IMG/VR virus record: IMGVR_UViG_2687453531_000003 | Span: 21,299 to 85,298 of that record | DNA: 64,000 bases | Source: a virus | Taxonomy: Duplodnaviria > Caudoviricetes | Reading direction: 5' to 3' (one strand) | Translations under genes and position numbers: made by a program | Shown: piece after piece, positions 8,943 through 18,528 of the stretch | How the letters are laid out: each line of letters starts with the position of its first letter | Position numbering within the stretch: position 1 is the first letter of the stretch | The notes under the pieces: generated by a model | What the model saw: the letters and a program-made list of their open reading frames with translations, nothing else | Database searches by the model: none | Told to the model about the DNA's origin: nothing

Positions 8943-9068
8943 ATGAGCCCCATCTACTGGCACTTCGGACCGCTGCAGTTCACCAAGTCCGGCTCTCTCT
9001 GGGTTCTCTCCGTTAGCGGTTTCGGTCTCTGCGGCATCGGGCTGCGCATGGGGCTGTACCGTGGCTGA
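8943..9068 (+). CDS. 41-aa hypothetical peptide
   Basis: GAGGA RBS; MSPIYWHFGPLQF...; stop overlaps the next gene. Confidence 0.4.
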   Translation: MSPIYWHFGPLQFTKSGSLWVLSVSGFGLCGIGLRMGLYRG

Positions 9069-9582
9069 CGCCTACTACGGCACCGTGGCTGGTGCTGATG
9101 CCTACCACCAGGCCCGGGGCAATGCCGCCTGGGCGGCTGCTGCTGAGGCCGACAAGGAAGCAGCGCTGGCCCGGGCATCAGCCTACATCGACGGCCTCGG
9201 CACCCAACAGCCGGTCTCTGAATGCGTGCTGGTCTTTCCTGGCAAGAAAGCCGGAGGGCGAGCCCAAGCACTGCAATGGCCGCGCGTAGGCGCCGTTGAC
9301 CGTGACGGGGAGCCCGTTCCGGCTGATGAGGTGCCGCGGGAGGTCGAGCAGGCCACCTACGAGGCCGCGCTGCGCGAACTGTTGAAGCCCGGCAGCCTGA
9401 ATCCGGACTACGTTGCGACCACCGCGGTGAAACGCGCCAAGGTCGGGCCGCTCGAAACCGAGTTCTTCGGCCCAGCCGAAGGCGACGAGCAGCCCAACAA
9501 GCCCTTCATCGGGGTCATCAACGATCTCTTGGCGCCGATCATGGTGTTGCGGTGCCCGATGCCAGCGGTATTCACGGTATGA
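9061..9582 (+). CDS. Head-tail adaptor (DnaT-like family)
   Basis: YGTVAGADAYH, QALQWPR, VPREVEQATYEAAL. Confidence 0.75.
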   Translation: MADAYYGTVAGADAYHQARGNAAWAAAAEADKEAALARASAYIDGLGTQQPVSECVLVFPGKKAGGRAQALQWPRVGAVDRDGEPVPADEVPREVEQATYEAALRELLKPGSLNPDYVATTAVKRAKVGPLETEFFGPAEGDEQPNKPFIGVINDLLAPIMVLRCPMPAVFTV

Positions 9583-10571
9583 CCGAAGCCGAGATCCTAC
9601 GCGCAATCGAGGGAAAGGAGCCGGCGTTGCAGAGGGCGTACCTGGACCGGGTCAGGTCGGTGACGGATGCCGCTGTCGTGGCTGAGATCGAGCGCTACAT
9701 CAACGAGCAGGATGAGGATTCCATTGTCTCGGCGCTGTCGCTGGGGCTGCTGGCGGTGTTCCTGGAGCAACTGCGGTCCACCTACCTGGCCGGCGCGACC
9801 CTCGAAATCAAGTTTTTCCCGGGACGGCCGGTCCCGGAGTTTGACCCTGTAGGCCCTGGGCCGTCGACCTGGTTATCGGAGCATGCCCGCGTCCTGCAGC
9901 GTGACATCGATGATGCTACGCGCCTGGCTGTCCGCCACACGATCCAGATGGCCGACCTCCTGGGGCGCCCGCCGCGCGCGACAGCACTCGATATCGTCGG
10001 CCGGCGAAGCCCGCAGACCGGGCAGCGAACCGGAGGAATCACCGGACTCTCCGGCAACTACGCCCAGGCAGTGGCCAACGCCCGCGCCCAGTTGCTCAGC
10101 GGAGACCCCGCGCAGATGCGCCAATACCTGACCCGCATTCGCAGGGACCGGCGGTTCGACAGGTTGGTCGAGCGAGCCGTCGAGGCGCGTCGCCCGGTCC
10201 CGTCGGCGGATGTCGATCGCATCGTAGGCCGCTATTCCGAGCGACTGCTGCGGACCCGTGCCGAGCAGATCGCCGCGACTGAGGCACACGACGCCTTCAG
10301 CGCCGGACGGGATCAGGTCTACGAGCAACTCGTCGCCAATGGACTGGAGCGCAGCAGAGTCCTGAAGACCTGGCACAACGTCGGCGACAACCGCGTTCGG
10401 CACACTCATTCGCCGATGCAGGGCCAGCGACAGCAACTCGGTAGTCCGTTCGTGACGGGCGGTGGCGCGCTGCTGATGTTCCCCGGTGACCAGACGCTTG
10501 GGGCCGGCGACAACGAAACCGCCGGCTGCCGGTGCTGGGTCGAGTACGAAATCGGAGGTATCCGTGCGTGA
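9579..10571 (+). CDS. Head morphogenesis protein (Mu gpF/SPP1 gp7-like)
   Basis: KTWHNVGDNRVRHTH and GCRC C-terminal motifs. Confidence 0.8.
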   Translation: MTEAEILRAIEGKEPALQRAYLDRVRSVTDAAVVAEIERYINEQDEDSIVSALSLGLLAVFLEQLRSTYLAGATLEIKFFPGRPVPEFDPVGPGPSTWLSEHARVLQRDIDDATRLAVRHTIQMADLLGRPPRATALDIVGRRSPQTGQRTGGITGLSGNYAQAVANARAQLLSGDPAQMRQYLTRIRRDRRFDRLVERAVEARRPVPSADVDRIVGRYSERLLRTRAEQIAATEAHDAFSAGRDQVYEQLVANGLERSRVLKTWHNVGDNRVRHTHSPMQGQRQQLGSPFVTGGGALLMFPGDQTLGAGDNETAGCRCWVEYEIGGIRA

Positions 10572-10950
10572 CGAAATGCAGGCTATTTTCGGCCAGATGT
10601 TCGACAGCGTGTTCAGCGAGTCGGTGACCTCGTTCGCTGGCGAGTATCCGGGGCCGGGCGTCTTCGATCCGGTCACCGAGACCACCACCAGCCAACCCGT
10701 GCGGTACTCCGGGCGCGGGGTCTTCCACAACTACGAGGCCAACCGCATCGACGGAATCAACATCCTGGTCGGCGACATCCAACTGATCGCTCTGATCAAC
10801 GAGGTGTCGGACCAGCCCGCCGTCGGCCATGAACTGAGCACTACCGACGTGGTGCCGATCCTTGGTGGGCCGTTGGCGGGCTATCGCATCGTGCGCGTTG
10901 GCGGTGATCCCGCCGGCGTGCATCACGATCTGCAGTTGAGGAAAGCGTGA
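10564..10950 (+). CDS. Head closure protein
   Basis: GVFDPVT motif, ends LQLRK; synteny. Confidence 0.65.
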   Translation: MRDEMQAIFGQMFDSVFSESVTSFAGEYPGPGVFDPVTETTTSQPVRYSGRGVFHNYEANRIDGINILVGDIQLIALINEVSDQPAVGHELSTTDVVPILGGPLAGYRIVRVGGDPAGVHHDLQLRKA

Positions 10951-11345
10951 TGGCAAAGGGGAAGGGAGGAAGGTCCTGGAGCATCCCTCCGTCGGCTTTC
11001 GCCGAGAATGTGGGGCAGGCCGTGGCCAACCACCAGCGGCGGCTGACCATCGAAATGCTCGAGCAGATCACCATTCGTGCACCAGTCGATACCGGTCGAT
11101 TCAAAGCCAACAACATCGTCAGCGTTGACCTCCCGGTCTACTACTCGCTTGACCGCTACGACAAGGACGGTCACGAGACCCTGGCGATGGGGGAGGCTGC
11201 ACTGGCGGCGCTTGCGCCGTATTCGGTCGTCTACATCCAGAACAACCTGATCTACGCCGGCGCGCTGGAGCATGGCCACTCTGGCCAGGCTCCGGCGGGT
11301 ATCTATGGCGTCAGCTTCCATAGCGTCACGGCGAGATATTCATGA
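10950..11345 (+). CDS. HK97 gp10-like neck protein
   Basis: APVDTGRFKAN and LEHGHSGQAPAG. Confidence 0.8.
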   Translation: MAKGKGGRSWSIPPSAFAENVGQAVANHQRRLTIEMLEQITIRAPVDTGRFKANNIVSVDLPVYYSLDRYDKDGHETLAMGEAALAALAPYSVVYIQNNLIYAGALEHGHSGQAPAGIYGVSFHSVTARYS

Positions 11346-11749
11346 CCTTCGAACAGATCCGGGCAGTCATCATCACGCGCATGACCGAGTGGGCCGCGAT
11401 ACCGGGCGATGACGTCGATTACCCGAACAACCCAAAAGGTCCGTTCAAGCCGGACGGGCAGCCGATCTGGGCGCGCCTGGCGGATATCCCCGGCGCCTCG
11501 GCGGCCACGGAGATCGGCAACGGCCCCTGTGTTCGCCGCAGCGGACTGATCATCGTGCAGCTCTTCGTGCCGACCTACAAAGGCACGCTGCTGCTGACCC
11601 GGACCGCCGATACGCTGCGCGAGCACTTCGAGTTCTACAGCGACCCGGTCCTGCCGTTCGAGTGCTTTGCCGTCTCCCAATCCGTTCCCGGCGATGATGG
11701 ACACGGCTGGTACCAGGCCAACCTGACGATCCCCTACCGGGCTGGTTGA
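11342..11749 (+). CDS. Tail terminator-like protein
   Basis: GLIIVQLFVP and GWYQANLTIPY; precedes tail tube gene. Confidence 0.75.
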   Translation: MTFEQIRAVIITRMTEWAAIPGDDVDYPNNPKGPFKPDGQPIWARLADIPGASAATEIGNGPCVRRSGLIIVQLFVPTYKGTLLLTRTADTLREHFEFYSDPVLPFECFAVSQSVPGDDGHGWYQANLTIPYRAG

Positions 11750-11762
11750 GCCCGACCCACCC

Positions 11763-11785
11763 ACCGCCGCACGGCGGTTTTTTTT
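11763..11785 (+). terminator. Intrinsic terminator
   Basis: ACCGCC-gcac-GGCGGT followed by a T run. Confidence 0.75.
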
Positions 11786-11810
11786 CGCCTATCACAGGAG
11801 AAACGCCCCC

Positions 11811-12980
11811 ATGAGTAGCGGCGCGAAGGTCCAGCTTGCTTGGATCAAAGAGGTAACCCCCGGCGTCACCCCGCCGGGCGACTGGCACACGCTCACCCGT
11901 ATCAGCAACGGGGTGACACCGACCTACAACTCTGAGGCCAACAACGAGATCGGTGCCGACCGTATGGCCCAGGGTACCGCCATGACCACCGTCGACGTTG
12001 GCGGTGACATCGAGAGCAAATGGCGCTACGGGGCGCTGGATGAGTTCATGGCCTCCTGCTTCGGCAAGAACTGGGTCGCGAACGTCCTGACCATGGGTAA
12101 CGACCGCATCTCCTTCTCCCTGGCCACCTATGCCGCGGATATCGGCGTCGCCGGTATCGCCCGTGGCGCCCAGGTTGCGACGATGGCGTTCGACTTCCCG
12201 GGCGACAACGAGATCACCGTCACCACCACGTTCGCTGCCACCAGTTGGAGCGATAAGGCCGATGACACCTCGTTCATCGTCAACGCCCAGCCGGAGCCGG
12301 CGCAGCGCCGCTACTCGTTCAAGGACATCAGCGGCCTGAAGCTCAACGACCAGCAGGTGGGAGAGGGCAATGCCTGCGTCGACAGCTTCAACCTGCAGTT
12401 CGACAACGCGGTACAGACCCAGCGCTGTATCGGCAACGGCAACCCGTTCCCGGGCAACATCATCCCCACGACTTTCACGCCGTCGGGATCGATCACGATC
12501 AGTTGGTCGAAGATGGCCTATCAGCTCTGGAAGGCACAGCAGACCGGTGACGCCATCAGTTTGGAGTTCACCGTCAGCAACGCCGACGGCGGCTATCGCA
12601 TCAGCCTCCCGGAGATGGAAGTGAACGGGTCCTGGCCGGATGCCGGCGCCGAGGAAATCGTCCAGGTCGAGCTGAACTACACCGCGCGCCGTATCCCGCC
12701 GACCATCACCCGCCTGCCGGCGCCGATCGTGATTGCAAGCGTCACCGTCACGCCGGATACCGCCTCGGTCGCCGCCGGTGAAACCGTAGACCTGGAAGCC
12801 GAGGTTCTACCGGCCGGCGCCAGCCAGACCGTCACCTGGTCCACCTCCGATGCAGCGATCGCCACCGTGAACGACACCGGCCTGGTCACCGGCGTGGCCG
12901 TAGGCACCGCAACGATCACCGCTACCAGCACCGCGGACCCGACCAAGACCGATACCTGCGCGATCACCGTAACCGCGTAA
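11811..12980 (+). CDS. Major tail tube protein with C-terminal Ig-like domain
   Basis: MSSGAKV start; VTWSTSDAAIATVNDTGLVTGVAVGTATITAT Big_2 motif. Confidence 0.88.
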   Translation: MSSGAKVQLAWIKEVTPGVTPPGDWHTLTRISNGVTPTYNSEANNEIGADRMAQGTAMTTVDVGGDIESKWRYGALDEFMASCFGKNWVANVLTMGNDRISFSLATYAADIGVAGIARGAQVATMAFDFPGDNEITVTTTFAATSWSDKADDTSFIVNAQPEPAQRRYSFKDISGLKLNDQQVGEGNACVDSFNLQFDNAVQTQRCIGNGNPFPGNIIPTTFTPSGSITISWSKMAYQLWKAQQTGDAISLEFTVSNADGGYRISLPEMEVNGSWPDAGAEEIVQVELNYTARRIPPTITRLPAPIVIASVTVTPDTASVAAGETVDLEAEVLPAGASQTVTWSTSDAAIATVNDTGLVTGVAVGTATITATSTADPTKTDTCAITVTA

Positions 12981-13038
12981 CCCCTTGCCTGGCGCGCCCT
13001 GCGGTGCGCGCTGGGCCTTTTTACCGCAGAGGAACAGC

Positions 13039-13527
13039 ATGGCCATCACCCTGAAGAAAAAGCCCGAAATCGACCTGTACGGCACCCGCTGGCTGCATCT
13101 CAAACTGGACGAGCAGGGGCATCTGTCGCCTTGCGACGTAGAAGCGGAGGCGGACCTTTCGCTGCTGGTGGGGTCGACTGGCGATCCGCTTTTCCAGTCC
13201 CACCACGCGATGATCAACCGCCACATGCAGGCGATCGATGCTCAGGCCGGCGTCGGAACCAGCCAGTTCAGCCCGCTGACTCTGGCCGATGTTCAGTTCG
13301 ACAATATCGACGACCTGCTGATTGGCCTGGTGGCCAGGCACATCATCAAGGACTGGAAGGGTGTGCAGGACGAGGCGGCGCCCGGTGTGCCCGCCGACTA
13401 CACGCCGGAGCGCGGCCAGGCGCTGATGCGCCAACACCCCGATGCCTACTGGCTTGCGCTCAAGACCGGCACTGACATCGCGGTTCGCGCGGATCTGCGT
13501 ACCCAGGAGACCGTGGGAAAGTCCTGA
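13039..13527 (+). CDS. Tail assembly chaperone (gpG-like)
   Basis: Between tube and tape measure; IIKDWKGV; slippery site at its 3' end. Confidence 0.8.
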   Translation: MAITLKKKPEIDLYGTRWLHLKLDEQGHLSPCDVEAEADLSLLVGSTGDPLFQSHHAMINRHMQAIDAQAGVGTSQFSPLTLADVQFDNIDDLLIGLVARHIIKDWKGVQDEAAPGVPADYTPERGQALMRQHPDAYWLALKTGTDIAVRADLRTQETVGKS

Positions 13528-13922
13528 GCGCGTATCGCTGGGCTCGGGACTGGGCGGGGCCCGACAACGAGAAGAAGCGATGGAAGCATGAACGGTTCGG
13601 GCTCCCGGTCCCTGCGGAGCCCACAATAGACGCCGTCTGCGCCGAGGTGCTCGAGGCCTACCACCGGATCAGCAGGGGCCGGCAGTTCATCGGCATGATC
13701 GGCGCGCCGGCCCCGCTTTCTCACCGCGATATCGACGCCTACCTCCTGCGTTACCCCACCGCCATCCCCATCGCCGAGTTCGAGGCGGCGGTCCTCGCGC
13801 TCGACGACGAGTACCGCGCCCAGTGGGCCGTGGCGCAATCAGAACCTGCTGAACAAGAACCCGGAGACCGCCATGGCGGAAGAAAGTCGCCTCTCAATAA
13901 TCATCGACTCCCGGGGCGCTGA
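13515..13922 (+). CDS. Tail assembly chaperone -1 frameshift extension (gpT-like)
   Basis: G GGA AAG at 13515-13521 (lambda G/GT heptamer); -1 frame is open to 13922. Confidence 0.8.
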   Translation, partial: GKVLSAYRWARDWAGPDNEKKRWKHERFGLPVPAEPTIDAVCAEVLEAYHRISRGRQFIGMIGAPAPLSHRDIDAYLLRYPTAIPIAEFEAAVLALDDEYRAQWAVAQSEPAEQEPGDRHGGRKSPLNNHRLPGR

Positions 13923-16900
13923 GAAGAGCGCGACCAGTCTTAGCGACGCGCTAGACCGGGTGGAGCGCAGCGGGGACGAAGCCGCCGGCAGCACCTCCCG
14001 CCTCAGCGAGGTGACTGTCCGCCTCGGCTCGAATATGAGTAAGGCTGCGGCCGCTACCGTTGCGTCGCTATCGCGTATCGAGCGCGCGACGGAGTCGACC
14101 AGTTCGCAGATGACGGCGCTTGTCTCCCGCGCTGTCGCCCTGGAAAACGCGATGTCGTCGGTGGGCCAGGGTATCGGTCGGCTCGACACCGGCATCACCC
14201 AGTCGAACGCGCAACTTGCGCAGTTGAACACCCAGATGTCGCATCTGGTGTCGACGTTCAGCACGTTTTCCCAGGGGCAGAGCGCGATCAACGCGCAGTT
14301 GTCGCGCATCGCTGCGAACATGTCGCGGGCAGCGGACGAGACCCAGAACCTGGACCAGTCCACCAGCCGTGCCGGCCGCGGCGCGCGCGAAGCCGCGAGT
14401 GACCTCGACGCAGAACGCGCCGGCCTGGCGCGCCTGCTGGGGCAGATCAATCCCACTGTCGCGGCGCTCGACCGCCTCGACGACATGCAGCAACGGCTCA
14501 CTCGCTACAAGAACTTGCGCCTGGTCGATGCTGAGACGGTGGCGGAGTACACCGAGCGGCTGAAGGCAATGCGCAATGCCCTGGGCGACGCCGAGGGCGG
14601 CATGAACCGCACTGGGATGTCGGCCAAAGCGCTGTCGGCGAACATGCGGATGCTGCCGGCTCAGATCACGGACATCGTTGTCGGCCTGTCCTCTGGCCAG
14701 GCCCCCTTGACCGTGCTGCTCCAGCAGGGCGGCCAACTCAAGGACATGTTCGGTGGAATTGGGCCGGCTGCGCGCGCCGTCGGGGGCTACATCGCCGGCC
14801 TGGTAAATCCCTACACCATCGCCGCCGCCGCCGCTGGCGTGCTGGCGTTGGCTTTCTACCAGGGCTCGGTGGAGTCGTCGCGCCTGACCAACGCCCTGGT
14901 CAAGAACGGCAACGCCGCCGGAACCACCGCCGGGCAACTCTCGGTCTTCGCGCAGCAGGTCGGGGCTGGGAACGCGACAGTAGCGCAGGCAGCCAGCGCG
15001 CTGACGCAACTGGCCGGCGCCGGCAACCAACTGACCATCCTCTACCCGAAGATCGCCGCGGCGGCGATCAGTTGGTCGAAGGTCACCGACCAGTCTGTCG
15101 AGGAGGTGGTCGACAGCTTCAATGACCTGGCCAAGAACCCAGTCGATGCGGTGAAGAAGCTCGACGACCAGCTCAACTTCCTGACCGCGAGCCAGTACGC
15201 GAACATCCAGTCGCTGCAGGAGCAGGGGCGCACAATGGATGCTGCTCGACTTGCGACCGAGGCATACGCCAACGCGCTGGCCAGTCGCTCCACGGAGATG
15301 GAGCAGAACCTGGGGGTGGTAGAGAAGGCTTGGAACGGACTGAAGAGTGCCGCGAAGTCAGCATGGGATGCCATGCTCGACATAGGCCGTACCGAGTCGC
15401 CGGAACAGCAACTGCAGAAGGTCTACAAGCAGATCGAGAATGCCCAGAAGGGCATTGGGCGAGGTGGCCGGGCCGCGTTTGGCCTGGGGATCAGCCAGCC
15501 CAGTCTCGATGCGCTATATAAGCGCGCCGCTGACCTTCAGGCGAAGATCGCCGCCGACGGCGCGAAGAACCTGGAGCAGGCAACGAACAACGCGATCCAG
15601 GCGGCCGGAAAGAAAGGCATCGATACGATCAACACGACGTTCGCCGCCGCGCAGACGCAGACCGAGAAGCTCCAGAAGCAACTGGTAGAACTCGACAAGG
15701 CTCGAAAGGCCGCCATGGAGGCGGGCGGATTCACAGCCGAGGAGGAGACCAAGTTCGCGGTCGCACGCAAGAACATCGAGCAGCAGATCGCCGACATCAA
15801 GGCGCGTGAGGCGAAGAAGAGTGCGCCGAAGACCCGCGGCCAGAATGTCGGCGTGCGTGAGGCTGACAATACCGCCTCCCGCTTGCTGGCCCAGTACGAC
15901 CCGGCCGGCCAGGCTGTGCGCACCCTGACCAAGGAGCAGCAGCAACTCGACCTCGCTTGGCGCAAGGGCAAAATCACGCTCGACGAGTACGGCAAGGCCC
16001 TGGCGCAGGCGTCGCTTAACTACGCCGCGGCTATCAAGGGCGCCCAAGGCCTCACCGCAGCCGAGCAGTACCAGGCGCAGATGGAGCGGCAACTCTCGAT
16101 TCAGCGCCAGCAGTACGCTGCCCAAGCCGCGGCGGTCGGTATGGGCAGCAAGGAGGCCGAACGGTACCAGCAGCGTCTCCAACTGGAGCAGCAGACCAAC
16201 GACCGAGTCCTCCAGTTGCGGACCGAGTTGGCCCAGGCGACCACCGAGAAGCAGCGACAGGAGCTTCAGGCACAGATCGACCTGACCAACGAGTATCTGC
16301 CACAACAGGTCGCTGCGATGGAGGCGGGCTGGGCCCAGATGGACGCGGCCATGGCCAACCCCATCAACGGCTGGACCGCTGCGGTGCAGAACTTCGGCGC
16401 GCAAGCCGCCAATGTCGCGGGGCAGACGCAGAGCATCTTCTCCAGCGCTTTCGAGACCCTAACCAGCGGGATATCCGAGAGCATCACCAGCCTGAACTTC
16501 TCGCTGAACACGCTCGGCGACCTCGGGAAAGAGGTTCTGAAGAACATCATCGCCGGCTTCGTGAAGATGGGTGTCCAGTTGGCCGCGAATGCGGTGCTGG
16601 CCATGACCCTGGGCGCCTCTCAGACCGCCGCTACGGTCGCCATGGCAGGCACAACCGCTGCGGCTTGGGCGCCTGCGGCGGCGTTTGCGTCGATTGCGAC
16701 TCTCGGCGGCGCAGCGATCCCCGCGTCGGCCGCCCTCACCAGCACCACGGCCCTGGCATCGTCGCTGGCGGTGATCCCAGGCTTGGCCACTGGCGGGATG
16801 GTCAACGGCGCCGGCACCGGCACCTCCGACAGCAACCTCCGCTGGCTCAGCAACGGCGAGTTCGTGGTGAATGCCGAGGCGACCAGGCGGAATCGGTCAT

Positions 16901-17154
16901 TGCTCGAGGCGATCAACTCCAACGACCGGATTCCGAGCGGCGGCGCTGCGTCGAGCTCGTCCAGCGGTGCCACCGCTTCGGCCGGTCTCGCGCCAGAGGT
17001 CAACATCTTCAACGCGCCGCCCGGCACCCAGGCAAACGTCAGGATGGAGAACGCCCAGTGGGTGCTCGACGTCGTGTGCGGGAGCATGGAAGGCGATGGC
17101 CAGGTACACCAGGTCATGGCCGGTAAATATGGCGTTACCACGGTGGGACGGTAA
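13873..17154 (+). CDS. Tail tape measure protein (lambda family)
   Basis: 1093 aa, Ala/Gln-rich, LLQQGGQLKDMFGG and GTGTSDS...LSNGEFVVNA. Confidence 0.93.
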   Translation: MAEESRLSIIIDSRGAEKSATSLSDALDRVERSGDEAAGSTSRLSEVTVRLGSNMSKAAAATVASLSRIERATESTSSQMTALVSRAVALENAMSSVGQGIGRLDTGITQSNAQLAQLNTQMSHLVSTFSTFSQGQSAINAQLSRIAANMSRAADETQNLDQSTSRAGRGAREAASDLDAERAGLARLLGQINPTVAALDRLDDMQQRLTRYKNLRLVDAETVAEYTERLKAMRNALGDAEGGMNRTGMSAKALSANMRMLPAQITDIVVGLSSGQAPLTVLLQQGGQLKDMFGGIGPAARAVGGYIAGLVNPYTIAAAAAGVLALAFYQGSVESSRLTNALVKNGNAAGTTAGQLSVFAQQVGAGNATVAQAASALTQLAGAGNQLTILYPKIAAAAISWSKVTDQSVEEVVDSFNDLAKNPVDAVKKLDDQLNFLTASQYANIQSLQEQGRTMDAARLATEAYANALASRSTEMEQNLGVVEKAWNGLKSAAKSAWDAMLDIGRTESPEQQLQKVYKQIENAQKGIGRGGRAAFGLGISQPSLDALYKRAADLQAKIAADGAKNLEQATNNAIQAAGKKGIDTINTTFAAAQTQTEKLQKQLVELDKARKAAMEAGGFTAEEETKFAVARKNIEQQIADIKAREAKKSAPKTRGQNVGVREADNTASRLLAQYDPAGQAVRTLTKEQQQLDLAWRKGKITLDEYGKALAQASLNYAAAIKGAQGLTAAEQYQAQMERQLSIQRQQYAAQAAAVGMGSKEAERYQQRLQLEQQTNDRVLQLRTELAQATTEKQRQELQAQIDLTNEYLPQQVAAMEAGWAQMDAAMANPINGWTAAVQNFGAQAANVAGQTQSIFSSAFETLTSGISESITSLNFSLNTLGDLGKEVLKNIIAGFVKMGVQLAANAVLAMTLGASQTAATVAMAGTTAAAWAPAAAFASIATLGGAAIPASAALTSTTALASSLAVIPGLATGGMVNGAGTGTSDSNLRWLSNGEFVVNAEATRRNRSLLEAINSNDRIPSGGAASSSSSGATASAGLAPEVNIFNAPPGTQANVRMENAQWVLDVVCGSMEGDGQVHQVMAGKYGVTTVGR

Positions 17155-17624
17155 TGAGTGACGACATCATCAAATATCCGGCGCAACTGCCGCACCCGCT
17201 GCAACAGGGTTACGCCTTCGAGACGACGAACCCGAAGCTGTCGACTCCGATGGCTTCGGGCTACGTTCGAGAACGCCGGCGAACCCAGAGCGTACCCACC
17301 AGGGCGAAAGTCACCTGGAACATGGATAGCCAGCAGGCCGCCTTCTTCGAGGCGTGGTTCGCTCGCACCCTGGTGGACGGAACGAAGTGGTTCGAAGCGA
17401 TGCTGCAGACGCCGCTTGGCTTCCTGCCGTACACCTGCCGGATTCTCGGGATGTACGAGGGCGCCGAACTGGTCCAGGTCAGGCGCTGGGAGTACAGCGC
17501 GACGCTCGAACTGCGCGAACGCCCCCTGATGCCGCCAGGCTGGGAGGAGTTCCCGGACTACTGGTTCAACATGAACATCCTGGATCTCGGGATGAACCGC
17601 GATGGCCACTGGCCGGAGGCATGA
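17154..17624 (+). CDS. Distal tail protein
   Basis: Immediately after tape measure; TPMASGYVRERRR. Confidence 0.7.
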   Translation: MSDDIIKYPAQLPHPLQQGYAFETTNPKLSTPMASGYVRERRRTQSVPTRAKVTWNMDSQQAAFFEAWFARTLVDGTKWFEAMLQTPLGFLPYTCRILGMYEGAELVQVRRWEYSATLELRERPLMPPGWEEFPDYWFNMNILDLGMNRDGHWPEA

Positions 17625-17625
17625 G

Positions 17626-18111
17626 ATGGACCCACTCGAAGTTGCCTTCGCTTCGCCGGCCGACGAGGTGCTGATTCCAACCCTGGAGATCACCTGTGAT
17701 GCCTGGCCGGCCCCGGTGTTGCTGACGCACGGCTACGACAATGTCACCGCCGGCACCGAGGATGGCCGAACTCTGACATTCGAGGCTGGAGGGATCGATG
17801 CCTCGTTGCCGAAGTCGGACAACACCGGGAACCAGACGATCACCTTTGCCATCGACGGCGTGACTGGAAAATCCCAGAACCTGATCCAGCAGGCCGTCGA
17901 TGCAGAGAAGCGGGTCCGGCTGACCATGCGGCTCTACCTCAGCACGGACCTCTCCAGACCGAAGCGCGACTACCACATGACCGTCAAGAGCGGCGTGCTG
18001 GAGGTCGATCATGCCGAAATTCAGGCCGGCTACTTCGACCTGATTGGCACCCGCTGGCCCCGCGTCGACTTCAACTCCCAGAACGCACCCTGCATCAAGT
18101 ACGAAGGCTGA
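17626..18111 (+). CDS. Minor tail protein (DUF1833-like)
   Basis: Synteny; TFAIDGVTG and C-terminal APCIKY. Confidence 0.7.
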   Translation: MDPLEVAFASPADEVLIPTLEITCDAWPAPVLLTHGYDNVTAGTEDGRTLTFEAGGIDASLPKSDNTGNQTITFAIDGVTGKSQNLIQQAVDAEKRVRLTMRLYLSTDLSRPKRDYHMTVKSGVLEVDHAEIQAGYFDLIGTRWPRVDFNSQNAPCIKYEG

Positions 18112-18114
18112 TCC

Positions 18115-18528
18115 ATGCTCGATCGATATCTCGCCGCCGTCTACGAGGACGGCGGGCGCGAGCTGCCGCGCGTCGATTGCTGGGGACTCACCCGGCTGGC
18201 GCGTCATGAGCTCTACGGCCTGCCCATGCTCTCCAGCTTCGGGGAGGTGAGACATACCAGCCCGCACCATTTCCAGCGCGCCTACCAGCGCCAGGTCCAG
18301 GCCGCCCTGGAAGAGTGCGAACCGTTCGCCGGTGCCATCGCTGCCGGCATGGATGGGGCGGTCTGCGTCCACGTCGCCCTGGTCGTGGCCAGGGAAGGGC
18401 GGCTGCAAGTACTCGAAATCAATCCAGGGTCCGGCGCCCGCATGGTGCGCCTGCAGGACTTCCTCGAAAACTTCACCCGGGTGATCTTCTACCGTGATCG
18501 AATTCTTCGCGAACAAGCTGGATCCTGA
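18115..18528 (+). CDS. Tail tip assembly NlpC/P60-like protein
   Basis: GGRELPRVDCWGL and HVALV. Confidence 0.8.
   Translation: MLDRYLAAVYEDGGRELPRVDCWGLTRLARHELYGLPMLSSFGEVRHTSPHHFQRAYQRQVQAALEECEPFAGAIAAGMDGAVCVHVALVVAREGRLQVLEINPGSGARMVRLQDFLENFTRVIFYRDRILREQAGS

Noticed and set aside
6989-8953. 654-aa antisense ORF and the many other long shadow ORFs
   Set aside because: Opposite or out of frame to well-supported genes; expected from high-GC codon bias; no motifs
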